Below the pieces are notes generated by a model. That model searched no databases. It saw only the letters and a program-made list of their open reading frames with translations, and was not told the origin of the DNA. A stretch of 36,539 bases of DNA from a bacterium (GTDB lineage: Bacteria > Hydrothermota > 32-111). The position numbers were made by a program, and so were the translations under genes. Location of the stretch: the NCBI GenBank assembly GCA_046484245.1, contig JAWOBN010000037.1:1-36539 (forward strand), given 5' to 3'. This document shows, piece by piece, positions 9,688 to 18,577 of the stretch (its first letter is position 1; each line of letters opens with the position of its first letter).

Positions 9688-10699
9688 GCTGCCCGGTCCT
9701 TCTGAGAATTGATATAAAGAAATACAAGAAAACAGCAGCAGCAAATATCAGGTATATGACTGTTAGATACATCTGACCTGTATAGTAATATAAAATGCCC
9801 AGAATAGCGAATATTGCATTGATAAGATATATTATGAACACAGTTATCTTCTGTCTTCCCAGCAGATTGTCTATTATATGATGTATGTGCAGTTTATCTG
9901 CTTTGAATATATTCTTGTGCATAATGAGGCGTCTTATTACAGCCAGTGTAACATCTATGATAAGATAAGTGAAAATCATTATGAATACAAACACACTGTC
10001 AGGCCTGAAATATATGAGTATAATGGTTATCATTGAGAATATGCTGCCCAGGAAAAGGCTTCCCGTATCACCCATGAATATCTTGGCAGGATAGAAATTG
10101 AACATTATGAAACCGAATAATGCTCCAATCTGTGCTATCAAGAGATACGCAGCATAGATGCATCCTGTATTCTGCGCAATAATAAAAAGTGTGATGGAGT
10201 ATATTATGGATATCCCTGCACAGAGTCCATCCATTCCATCAGTGAAATTAATACTGTTTGACATGAAAGTGAAGAAGAAGAGGAAGAAAAATGCAAGTAT
10301 GAGATTGGATAGCAGTATATCATGAAAAAGCACTATGGTATTATTGTTGATCCAGAAAAAGAAGGCAACACCGGAAGACATCTGTACAATGAATTTGAAT
10401 TTAGCGGACAACCCGACAATATCATCTATCATACCGACAATCAGGAATGCAATGCTCACTGCAAATATCTTGAACATGATTTCCTCAAATATCACTATAC
10501 CGGCAATATCCAGTCCGAACATTACAATCCAGATAGTGCTGAATATTGCCAATCCCCCCATAGTGGGAATCCTCTCTTTATGTATCTTCCTTCCATTGGG
10601 AATATCATGTATACCGTAACTGATGGAAAGATATTTGGTTATCTTTACCAGTATAAGGGATATGATGAATGAGGACATCAGTATTACTATCTCAGTCAC
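9674..10699 (-). CDS. MraY/WecA/TagO family undecaprenyl-phosphate GlcNAc-1-phosphate transferase
   Basis: RKIH..IPTMGG, GMIDD, NFTDGMDGL, FNFYPAKIFMGDTGS, ADKLHIHH; multi-TM. Start GTG 10699 or TTG 10714. Confidence 0.92.
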   Translation of the reverse strand: MTEIVILMSSFIISLILVKITKYLSISYGIHDIPNGRKIHKERIPTMGGLAIFSTIWIVMFGLDIAGIVIFEEIMFKIFAVSIAFLIVGMIDDIVGLSAKFKFIVQMSSGVAFFFWINNNTIVLFHDILLSNLILAFFFLFFFTFMSNSINFTDGMDGLCAGISIIYSITLFIIAQNTGCIYAAYLLIAQIGALFGFIMFNFYPAKIFMGDTGSLFLGSIFSMITIILIYFRPDSVFVFIMIFTYLIIDVTLAVIRRLIMHKNIFKADKLHIHHIIDNLLGRQKITVFIIYLINAIFAILGILYYYTGQMYLTVIYLIFAAAVFLYFFISILRRTGQHDSQ

Positions 10700-11906
10700 A
10701 GCCGCCCTCTTCAAGATAATTAAGGTATTTATAAGCGAGCTCTTCCCTGCTGAATTGTTCTTTGACTATAGCGGCACCATTTACAGACATCTGTCTGAGC
10801 CTATTGGGATTATTCTTGACTGAAAGTATCTTCTTTATCATATCATCCTCATTTTCCGGCTCAAATATTAAACCCACGTTATTTTGTCTTATGAAATCCG
10901 CCAGTTTACCTTTTATTCCCGCAAGAACCGGTTTTTGAGAAGCCATTATTTCAAATATCTTTGAAGGTAAAGCTATCATGGGGATGTTCCGCAGATGTAC
11001 CAGCCCCATATCAATTTCCTGCAATGCTGCAGGAACGTCTTGAGGTGGTATCTTATCAATTATCAGGAGATTATCCAAATTCTTCTTCCGGGCTATACTG
11101 GTTACTCTATCCTTTTCAGCTCCGTCTCCTATAATGACATAACAAATATCCCTATCCTCTGTCTTTTCGGCTGCTCGTATCATTATATCCAAACCATGAG
11201 CCATACCTATTGTTCCAATATAGGCAATAATAAACTTGCCTTCTGTTAATGGATACTTTCTTATAATTGTCTTCTCTTGAAAATCATTAAATCTTTCACT
11301 ATCTATACCATTGGGTATAAATATGATTTTATCAGTCTTAATTCCTCGTTTTACAAGATACTCTTTCATACTATCTATTACAATGACAATTTTCTTGGCT
11401 TTTGAATATAAAAACATTTCCAATTTTTCCATCATTTTTATGATGAATTTATTTTTTAGAACTCCCAGTTCAACTGCTGAATGAGGCCATATATCCCTCA
11501 CCTCAAATATAAATGGTTTGCCTTTGAGTTTTGCAATAATAAGACCGGATAATCCGACAAAGAGCTGCGGGGAAGTGGCTATAACAACATCTGTGCCTGA
11601 TTTCAAAATGCCTACAATAAATGATGTTATCATGAATGACAGAAAACTTATCACCCTCTTGATGACCCCTTTATTGGGTGTAACATAGAGAAGAACCCTC
11701 AGTACCCTGACACCGAACTTCCTCTCTTCCTTGAAATATTCCCATTTATAAGTCGGGTGAACAATACCGTCAGGGTGATTGGGCATGCCTGTTATCACAG
11801 TCACATTATTCCCGAATTTAACCCAGTATTTGGACAATTCAGATACCCTGGCTGCAGGTGCGCCCATTTCCGGCGGATAGTATTGTGATATATATAAAAT
11901 ATCCAT
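10692..11906 (-). CDS. Glycosyltransferase family 4 (WbuB-like)
   Basis: SQYYPPEMGA, ATSPQLF, FEVRDIWP, IPNGID, YIGTIGMAHGLD, PSKIFEIMA. Confidence 0.92.
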   Translation of the reverse strand: MDILYISQYYPPEMGAPAARVSELSKYWVKFGNNVTVITGMPNHPDGIVHPTYKWEYFKEERKFGVRVLRVLLYVTPNKGVIKRVISFLSFMITSFIVGILKSGTDVVIATSPQLFVGLSGLIIAKLKGKPFIFEVRDIWPHSAVELGVLKNKFIIKMMEKLEMFLYSKAKKIVIVIDSMKEYLVKRGIKTDKIIFIPNGIDSERFNDFQEKTIIRKYPLTEGKFIIAYIGTIGMAHGLDIMIRAAEKTEDRDICYVIIGDGAEKDRVTSIARKKNLDNLLIIDKIPPQDVPAALQEIDMGLVHLRNIPMIALPSKIFEIMASQKPVLAGIKGKLADFIRQNNVGLIFEPENEDDMIKKILSVKNNPNRLRQMSVNGAAIVKEQFSREELAYKYLNYLEEGGCD

Positions 11907-11914
11907 AGTTTTTT

Positions 11915-11950
11915 ATTATATTTGACTGATAAATAAAGTCAATATAAGAT
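11915..11950. promoter_or_regulatory. Overlapping back-to-back sigma70-like promoters
   Basis: Minus: TTGACT(11942-11937)-N16-TATAAT(11920-11915), 8 nt before the GT4 ATG. Plus: TTGACT(11922-11927)-N17-TAAGAT(11945-11950). Confidence 0.6.
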
Positions 11951-11973
11951 ACTGATGCATATATCCTGCTGCA

Positions 11974-13209
11974 TTACCGCTTTTTTAACACTGCAACAGA
12001 TTCAAAATGCCTTGTCTGGGGAAACATATCAAATAGGCCTATGCGCTCAATATTAAATCTCTTCTTGAGTATTGTCTTGAAATCCCTTGCCAGTATAGCC
12101 GGATCACAGGATATGTAAATGAGATTACCTATATCCCTTCCTGCCAATGACCTGAGGAATTCGTCTGCCGGACCTGACCGCGGCGGGTCAATGATTACAG
12201 TATCTATATGTTCCCGGGGCAATCTGAATGAATTGTCAATAAACCGCTGCACTGTCTTTACACCACCGGCCCGGTTCTCTTTCACATTTTTCCTGTTGTA
12301 GAATGACGCAGACCGGGTCCCCTCAACAGAATAGACCTTTTTGAATTTTGATGAGAATACAAGAGAGAAAACCCCTGTGCCGGAATAGAGGTCAGCCAGC
12401 AGTCTGCCCGGCTCAATAATACTGTCCATATAGTCAATAATATCCTGCAGTATCCGGCTGTTCACCTGCATAAAATCCCTGTATGAATAGGTGAAGACAT
12501 AATTGTTGAACATATCGGTCAATTCATGCCTCCCCTTGATTACAGTTGGTTCATTGTTCTTATCAATGACAATAACGCTGTCTATGTCCTCACTGAGCAG
12601 AGGGGAGAACGCCTCCCTCTTTGGAAAATCATCCTTTATCTTCACTGCTGCAAGAACCTCGCCTCCAATGGATTTCCTCAAAACAATATAGTCCATCAAT
12701 TGAAGCAGTTCACTGTTCTTCTTTATAACCGGAATGAGGGCATTCAGTTCACTGTCGGCAATCATGCATGAATCAATATCAATGATCTCGCTGGATTTCT
12801 TCTTGAGGAAACCGAGTTTCCCATTATCTGCTGTCAATCTTATATTATTCCTGTATTCCATTGATTTTGAGGCAAATACATCAATGCCCGCCTCCAGAGA
12901 GTGGGACGCATTTCTCACAAAAATATCCTTGAGCATCTCTTCTTTTATCTCCAATTGCCTGCTGTATCTGATATGCTGAAAATCACATCCCCCGCAGTAA
13001 GTGAAATACGGGCATTGCGGTTTAATCCTGTCAGGAGATGCAACCCTTATATCCGCATCTGCAATAATATAATTCTTTTTTGTAATAAGAGGACTGTACC
13101 GGACAATCTCGCCGGGGATAACATGCTTCATCATTATGACCCTGCCATTATCCCTGGCAAGCCCCATGCCATTACTGATTATCTTCTCTATCTTGACACT
13201 ATGCTCCAC
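11974..13209 (-). CDS. rlmD: 23S rRNA (uracil-C5)-methyltransferase RlmD/TrmA family
   Basis: TRAM N-terminus, CPYFTYCGGCDFQH, FMQVN, DLYSGTG, DPPRSG, YISCDP, DMFPQTRHFES. Probable GTG start 13209 after GGGAG. Confidence 0.88.
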   Translation of the reverse strand: MEHSVKIEKIISNGMGLARDNGRVIMMKHVIPGEIVRYSPLITKKNYIIADADIRVASPDRIKPQCPYFTYCGGCDFQHIRYSRQLEIKEEMLKDIFVRNASHSLEAGIDVFASKSMEYRNNIRLTADNGKLGFLKKKSSEIIDIDSCMIADSELNALIPVIKKNSELLQLMDYIVLRKSIGGEVLAAVKIKDDFPKREAFSPLLSEDIDSVIVIDKNNEPTVIKGRHELTDMFNNYVFTYSYRDFMQVNSRILQDIIDYMDSIIEPGRLLADLYSGTGVFSLVFSSKFKKVYSVEGTRSASFYNRKNVKENRAGGVKTVQRFIDNSFRLPREHIDTVIIDPPRSGPADEFLRSLAGRDIGNLIYISCDPAILARDFKTILKKRFNIERIGLFDMFPQTRHFESVAVLKKR

Positions 13210-13210
13210 A

Positions 13211-14017
13211 CTACTCCCTTGAAATAATAAAATCACCCGACAATATATCCGTGAGTGTATCCTCTATGATAATCACTGCGGTCTTCAATGAACTGTCTGC
13301 ATAATTCAACTGTGTCATAATACCGTCATTATACTCACAGTGGAATCTCCCTGTTATAAAAAGCATGCTCCCCGCACTGTCAACAAAAGATGCAATTGAA
13401 TGAGCCATGGTGGCATCCTTCAGGAGCTGCGCCTTGAAGAGATTCTCATTATCCATTATACCGGGCATAGCCCTGTTGTTGTTCTTGACCTGCTCCATTG
13501 TCTCCATAAATCTCCTTTTGTAATCATCATTGTAGGTGAAAGGAATATCAAACAGCGAACTGTCTGCATTGTCAGGCAGTGAGCCGTTGTGTGCTGCTGC
13601 ATTTGCAAGATATCGCGGTATATTGGCTGCTGCGACATCCAGTCCATTATCTGCAGCATAATTGACCAGGGGAGCATAATCCCTTTGGTAATTGCTCCAT
13701 GGCCGTGATTGCTCCAGCATCTCCCCCTCTGTTATCTCACTGCTGAGATAAGCATTGATAAAAGGCTGGACATCCCGTTCAAACATCTCAAGACCGAGTG
13801 CAAAGGGTCTTCTCTCATTGAGACCCCGGAAGATCTTGAGTTCCACAGCATGATGATAATCATTACCGTGTTCCTCTCCTATGACTATTACGTCATAATC
13901 AGCAAGCAGCTCAAGCATTGCATCAAATGTAATAATAGAACCGGCATCTGTGCTGAACACTGATGCACTCAAGGGGAAAGCAATTATAATAAAAATGATA
14001 AATACATACTGTCTCAT
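13211..14017 (-). CDS. ChaN-family (heme-uptake-associated, EreA/Tiki-like) exported protein
   Basis: Signal peptide; DVIVIGEEH..HH..E, LGLEMFERDVQ, DYAPLV, ANIPR, AQLLKDATMA.SI, GRFH. ATG 14017 after AAGGAG. Confidence 0.85.
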   Translation of the reverse strand: MRQYVFIIFIIIAFPLSASVFSTDAGSIITFDAMLELLADYDVIVIGEEHGNDYHHAVELKIFRGLNERRPFALGLEMFERDVQPFINAYLSSEITEGEMLEQSRPWSNYQRDYAPLVNYAADNGLDVAAANIPRYLANAAAHNGSLPDNADSSLFDIPFTYNDDYKRRFMETMEQVKNNNRAMPGIMDNENLFKAQLLKDATMAHSIASFVDSAGSMLFITGRFHCEYNDGIMTQLNYADSSLKTAVIIIEDTLTDILSGDFIISRE

Positions 14018-14165
14018 GATATCTCCTTTTATCCATTGATTATTACTCAAAATCCCAATCAGGTCAATCCTGTTCTATTCATTGTACTTTATCAATTATT
14101 GACACTGCAGGGTCCATCCGGCAAAAGGGTCTGGAAATCATACAGATTTATACTATAATATCAGT

Positions 14166-14729
14166 ATGAAGACAATAGTTTTAGTAATATTCATAATATT
14201 GGCTCTGGGTATATTCCCGGCTGCAATGAGAAGTGACGCAGGCATCTCTATCGGTTATATTGATGAGGATGGTGACGGTGTCAATGATCTGTACAGGGAC
14301 ACTAATGGCGACGGTGTCAATGATATTACAGGGGAAATCATTGCAGAGGACATTCCCTTCAGGGATGATGATAATGACGGTATCAATGATCTGTTTGTTG
14401 ACAGTGACGGTGACGGTGTCAATGATATATACACATCAACAAACACATATCCTGTCATTGATATTGATAAGGACAATATCAATGATATAACAGGCACTGT
14501 ATATTCACCGGGATTTTACCATGGCGTGAGTTTCGGTTCAGTACTGGAGGAAGTGAATATTAAACTGGATGATTTTTCCGATAAGGACGGGGATTTTATG
14601 GATGACAGATTCCACCATCAATTGGTCAACCGTGTTCACGACAGATTCATTGACAGGAATAATGACGGCATATCGGATATCAGGAAGAGGTATATTAATT
14701 CAAGGAAAAGAAAGGGCAGGCCTCAATGA
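14166..14729 (+). CDS. Exported protein with seven DxDxDGxND calcium-binding-like repeats and a basic tail
   Basis: Signal peptide; DEDGDGVND, DTNGDGVND, DDDNDGIND, DSDGDGVND, DIDKDNIND, DKDGDFMDD, DRNNDGISD; tail RKRYINSRKRKGRPQ. Confidence 0.8.
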   Translation: MKTIVLVIFIILALGIFPAAMRSDAGISIGYIDEDGDGVNDLYRDTNGDGVNDITGEIIAEDIPFRDDDNDGINDLFVDSDGDGVNDIYTSTNTYPVIDIDKDNINDITGTVYSPGFYHGVSFGSVLEEVNIKLDDFSDKDGDFMDDRFHHQLVNRVHDRFIDRNNDGISDIRKRYINSRKRKGRPQ

Positions 14730-15739
14730 GAAGAATAATAATACTCTCTTTTGTGTTTGCAGTTTTCACAGGTATTTCATCTGCTGAACTGTCATTATGG
14801 GCAACCGACAATCTGTTCAAGTCATCCGAATACAATCAGGATATCGGACTGGCGGTTTCAGCAGATAAGACCGTGATTCCGGCGGACTTTCTAAAACTAT
14901 CAGGTTCACTGGGCATTGATATTCCCTTTGTCAATTACACAATGATAAATATACCATTATCAGCATCAATGAGATTCAGACATGTCAATAATCCGCAATT
15001 CAAATTTCATACAACCGTTTATGATTACAATTATCTCTATATAAGTGACTATGCCGAAAATACTGCACTATTCCCCGGCATATACACAGAGGCAGTAATC
15101 AATGTCTATGATTTCCTTACAGTCTCATCCCTGACCGATATATTCTTCAATCTCCACCCCATTGCCGAAGGCATAAATTCTTCTGTTATATCAGAGGATA
15201 TATCCCTGATGATATTCATGCCTTACCTCTCTGTTCATAATAATATTAACGGGGGTATGAAAAGATACTTCACCGGTCAGAAAGCCTGGAAATGGTCATA
15301 CAATCTCCATATTTCATCATCAATCACCCGCCAGAGCGGCATATTCGGAGGTTTCCGCACAGGATTCCTATTCAGTGATTCCCAGCCCTATTACTCGGAT
15401 GATTCATTCATAGACAGGTATTTCTATGACGGATATGAAGGATACTGCGGTTTGACCCTGCAGGGCATTGTCGGGATAAGAACAAGCATCAGGGCTTTCT
15501 ATGAGTACAGGGATTATGCGGTATTTGATGAAATGGAGGATACCCCTGATTTCACAGACATTCCCGTTGATTTTGACAATAGTGAAAGAGAGGACAGAAT
15601 AATGGGTTTTGAGGCAAGACAATCAGTAAATATCAATAAGAAATACATGGAGTTTATATACACTTATGAAAATTCAATTTCAACAAATCCATTTTATACA
15701 TATCACAGTCATTCTTTTACTGTTTCTCATATCTTTTAA
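14726..15739 (+). CDS. Putative outer-membrane beta-barrel protein
   Basis: Signal peptide, TDNLFK start of mature region, Tyr/Phe-rich amphipathic strands, REDR...YTYENSIS..., terminal Phe (FTVSHIF); ATGA overlap with the upstream gene. Confidence 0.65.
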   Translation: MRRIIILSFVFAVFTGISSAELSLWATDNLFKSSEYNQDIGLAVSADKTVIPADFLKLSGSLGIDIPFVNYTMINIPLSASMRFRHVNNPQFKFHTTVYDYNYLYISDYAENTALFPGIYTEAVINVYDFLTVSSLTDIFFNLHPIAEGINSSVISEDISLMIFMPYLSVHNNINGGMKRYFTGQKAWKWSYNLHISSSITRQSGIFGGFRTGFLFSDSQPYYSDDSFIDRYFYDGYEGYCGLTLQGIVGIRTSIRAFYEYRDYAVFDEMEDTPDFTDIPVDFDNSEREDRIMGFEARQSVNINKKYMEFIYTYENSISTNPFYTYHSHSFTVSHIF

Positions 15740-16151
15740 TTCATGCATTCTCGGCAATGGCGGGTATGAGGGCATTGAAGCAGCCACCCGGAGAGGTGAT
15801 TTTGCATTCAAGCATAATACAGTGAAAATGATTGACAATGGCTATTATCATCTTGAGGCAACTGACAGTTTGAACCACAACAGCATTATAATGATATTCC
15901 CTTCAGGCAAAGGCGAATTTGTTTATACAATACCGTTTGACGGTATGACATCCATAAGAATAATGATGGAGGATTCACATAAAACATATTCATGCTCATC
16001 ATCCGAGGGCGAGGGCGAGATATATGTGGAAACCCATCCCGATTCCCTGTTCAGCGAACTGTCCGGCACATTCAACTGCAGAATGGTCAATGTCAGTGAA
16101 TCATCCGATACATTATATGTCAATTCCGGTACATTCAGATTTGTTTTTTAG
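15666..16151 (+). CDS. Putative lipoprotein of unknown function
   Basis: Hydrophobic stretch ending in lipobox-like FNSC; beta-rich C-terminus LSGTFNCRM...VNSGTF. Confidence 0.65.
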   Translation: MKIQFQQIHFIHITVILLLFLISFNSCILGNGGYEGIEAATRRGDFAFKHNTVKMIDNGYYHLEATDSLNHNSIIMIFPSGKGEFVYTIPFDGMTSIRIMMEDSHKTYSCSSSEGEGEIYVETHPDSLFSELSGTFNCRMVNVSESSDTLYVNSGTFRFVF

Positions 16152-17559
16152 AGAGCGGGATATCTACTGTGAATACAGATCCCTGCCCCTTCACGGAATC
16201 AACGGACATATGCCACTTATTTCTATCAAGAATATGCTTTACAGTGAACATTCCGATACCTGTTCCAACAGGGCCTCCTGAAGAATCATCACTCTTGGAA
16301 GTGAAATACAGCTCGTACATTCTCTCCATCTCCTCATCTGTCATACCCTCACCGCTATCACTGATGATTATTCTCAGTAATCGTCCGTCCCTTATTGTCT
16401 TCACAGTGAGTTCTCGCTTATCAGATTGATACATTGCATCCATTGCATTGTCAATAATATTCTCAACAAGAGCCGATATGTCTTTATAACTCGCTTTGAT
16501 GCGCGGCTCACCTGGGTCAAGCTCCATCTGATACTCTATGCCCCTTGTCTGAAGCGCACTTGAGTAGAAGAGCATTGTCTCCTCTATGAAATTGTTGATA
16601 TCCAGATCTATCATCTCTTCCGACATATCCTTCTTTGTCTTATCCATTAGTATGTTGATCTGATTTATGATGATCTTCAGATTCTTCTCAACCCTCTCCA
16701 TCCTGTATTCTGAAGCTTTCGCCTGTTCCTTTATACGGAAATGCTGTATATAACCAAGTATTGACTGGAGGGGATTATTGATATTGTGTATTATGCTCTC
16801 TGAGAGTTTGTCCATACTTATAAGCTTTGACAACCGCATTATCTCCAGCTGTTTTCTCGTTCTCTCCTCCATCATAATGAGCCTGTTATTCATCTTTATG
16901 AACAGCATGACAAAGAGAAGAACAGAGAGCAGTGTAATGAATATGACAATGGCAAGCAATGTGGAAAATTCACTGAGATTTCTGAATATTGATTCCTTTG
17001 AGGTTATTATTACCAGATAGCAGTAATCCCCCTCCCCTATCTGCCTGTAACTGAACAGATGCCGGGATGTTCTGAAGAACCCGAATCTCCTATGTGAATC
17101 TATTGACTCTCTGAATCTCCGGGCAGTGTTTTCATTAAGAACCGTCCTGTAATCATATCCCAGAAGCTCTATTCTGTAATTCCTTGATTGTATTTTCGGG
17201 AAAAGCTTCTTCTTGGCGAGATATGAATTAAAAACAGCGAATCTGTCCTTGCCGTTCTTGAATATATAACCGTCCGGTATATTAAGCAGCATGTATCTGC
17301 TCTCTACAAAACCCTCTACATCCTCCGTATCCGTTCTCAGCAGGGAATCAATGCCTATTTCATTATTGTATTCATCACATCTTGCAAGTGAATGCTCAAT
17401 ACTCTCTGTTACCAGGGGCTGAAGCCCGGAGAGCATCACATCATCCTCCATGAATCTGTGCCTTATAATATCCTCTTCAATATTCCTGTACAGCAGCACT
17501 ATAAAGAGAATGAAGAGAAAGAGGATGAATATGAATGCAAGTGTGCTATTCTTTTTCAT
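16135..17559 (-). CDS. Membrane sensor histidine kinase (2 TM, extracytoplasmic domain, HisKA + HATPase)
   Basis: H-box IIHNINNPL, N-box ENIIDNAMDA, DSGEGM, YFTSK, GTGIGM, GQGSVF. Confidence 0.93.
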   Translation of the reverse strand: MKKNSTLAFIFILFLFILFIVLLYRNIEEDIIRHRFMEDDVMLSGLQPLVTESIEHSLARCDEYNNEIGIDSLLRTDTEDVEGFVESRYMLLNIPDGYIFKNGKDRFAVFNSYLAKKKLFPKIQSRNYRIELLGYDYRTVLNENTARRFRESIDSHRRFGFFRTSRHLFSYRQIGEGDYCYLVIITSKESIFRNLSEFSTLLAIVIFITLLSVLLFVMLFIKMNNRLIMMEERTRKQLEIMRLSKLISMDKLSESIIHNINNPLQSILGYIQHFRIKEQAKASEYRMERVEKNLKIIINQINILMDKTKKDMSEEMIDLDINNFIEETMLFYSSALQTRGIEYQMELDPGEPRIKASYKDISALVENIIDNAMDAMYQSDKRELTVKTIRDGRLLRIIISDSGEGMTDEEMERMYELYFTSKSDDSSGGPVGTGIGMFTVKHILDRNKWHMSVDSVKGQGSVFTVDIPLSKKQI

Positions 17560-18577
17560 ATATGAACAATTCCTTCAAATAATCATAGTAGAATGCCATA
17601 ATAAAGGCGGGGATATTATACAGTGCAAAATAGAGGAAGAACGGGAGAAGCTCTTTGTTCTTCGTTATGACCGGTATTGCAAGGAATACCGGATACATCA
17701 TGAAAAGGAGGCATAGGAGAATAATGAACAGCAGATATCTTATCTCCTCAAACTCCGCAAATGACACAAAGAATTTATAGAACAGTATGAATGTATTTGC
17801 AATAGCAATAATAATAACAATAAACTGAAATATTTTCATGGAAAGACGGACATGCCCGTAAACCGCATTGGACAGTGTTATTGTCCAGAGAAGATAATTA
17901 TAGAGCCAGAAGGCCATACCGACAGCCAGAACAGACAGTATAATCAAGAATAAAGTCTTGTTGAATGAATTGTATATCATATTTGACACGAATGTGTACT
18001 GCATAAGAGGAAGAAACATAGAAGTTATAATAAAAACTGAGTACATCCACTGATGGGAAAAGGGTATGCGTACATAGATGAGTATGAGATAACATATGAG
18101 GAAAATCAGATAGAGGGATATTTCCTGCAGTGTTTTTCTGCTTCTTATGAAAAATATCACGGAGAACAGGATAAGCATTACAGACGAGATGAATATGGTC
18201 AGGCGTTCACCTGATGTATAATAAGTGTGAAGGGGTATGGAGAGCCTGCGTATATTGCCGTTCTTCATTACTATGTATTCCAGACAGTCCCCGGGATCAG
18301 CTCTGTCAAATATCTTATTAAAGAGATAATGTTTATTATCAATCAATTTACCGTTTACACTTATCAATGTATCATTAATAAGAAGACCTGCCTGATATGC
18401 ATTTGAATACGGGTCTATCTCATCCACTATGACATAACCGGACTCCTCATAGTATTCAACATAATCATTGGGCAGATGCAGTATTTCATAAAATCCCTTT
18501 ACACCCAGCAATATGAAGACCGCTGTCATCAGTATGAAGAGAATGCGCAATTTAAGAGACAAAGTGTTCTTTTTCAT
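17546..18577 (-). CDS. PDZ-domain multi-pass membrane protein (1 TM + PDZ + ~7 TM), no output domain
   Basis: PDZ signature IDPYSNAYQAGLLINDTLISVNG; about seven hydrophobic helices follow; ends right after the last TM. Confidence 0.8.
   Translation of the reverse strand: MKKNTLSLKLRILFILMTAVFILLGVKGFYEILHLPNDYVEYYEESGYVIVDEIDPYSNAYQAGLLINDTLISVNGKLIDNKHYLFNKIFDRADPGDCLEYIVMKNGNIRRLSIPLHTYYTSGERLTIFISSVMLILFSVIFFIRSRKTLQEISLYLIFLICYLILIYVRIPFSHQWMYSVFIITSMFLPLMQYTFVSNMIYNSFNKTLFLIILSVLAVGMAFWLYNYLLWTITLSNAVYGHVRLSMKIFQFIVIIIAIANTFILFYKFFVSFAEFEEIRYLLFIILLCLLFMMYPVFLAIPVITKNKELLPFFLYFALYNIPAFIMAFYYDYLKELFIYEKE

Noticed and set aside
14260..14490. Recurring GACGGTGTCAATGAT repeats as a CRISPR array
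   Set aside because: Short, in-frame and irregularly spaced; they encode the DGVND protein repeats; no cas genes.
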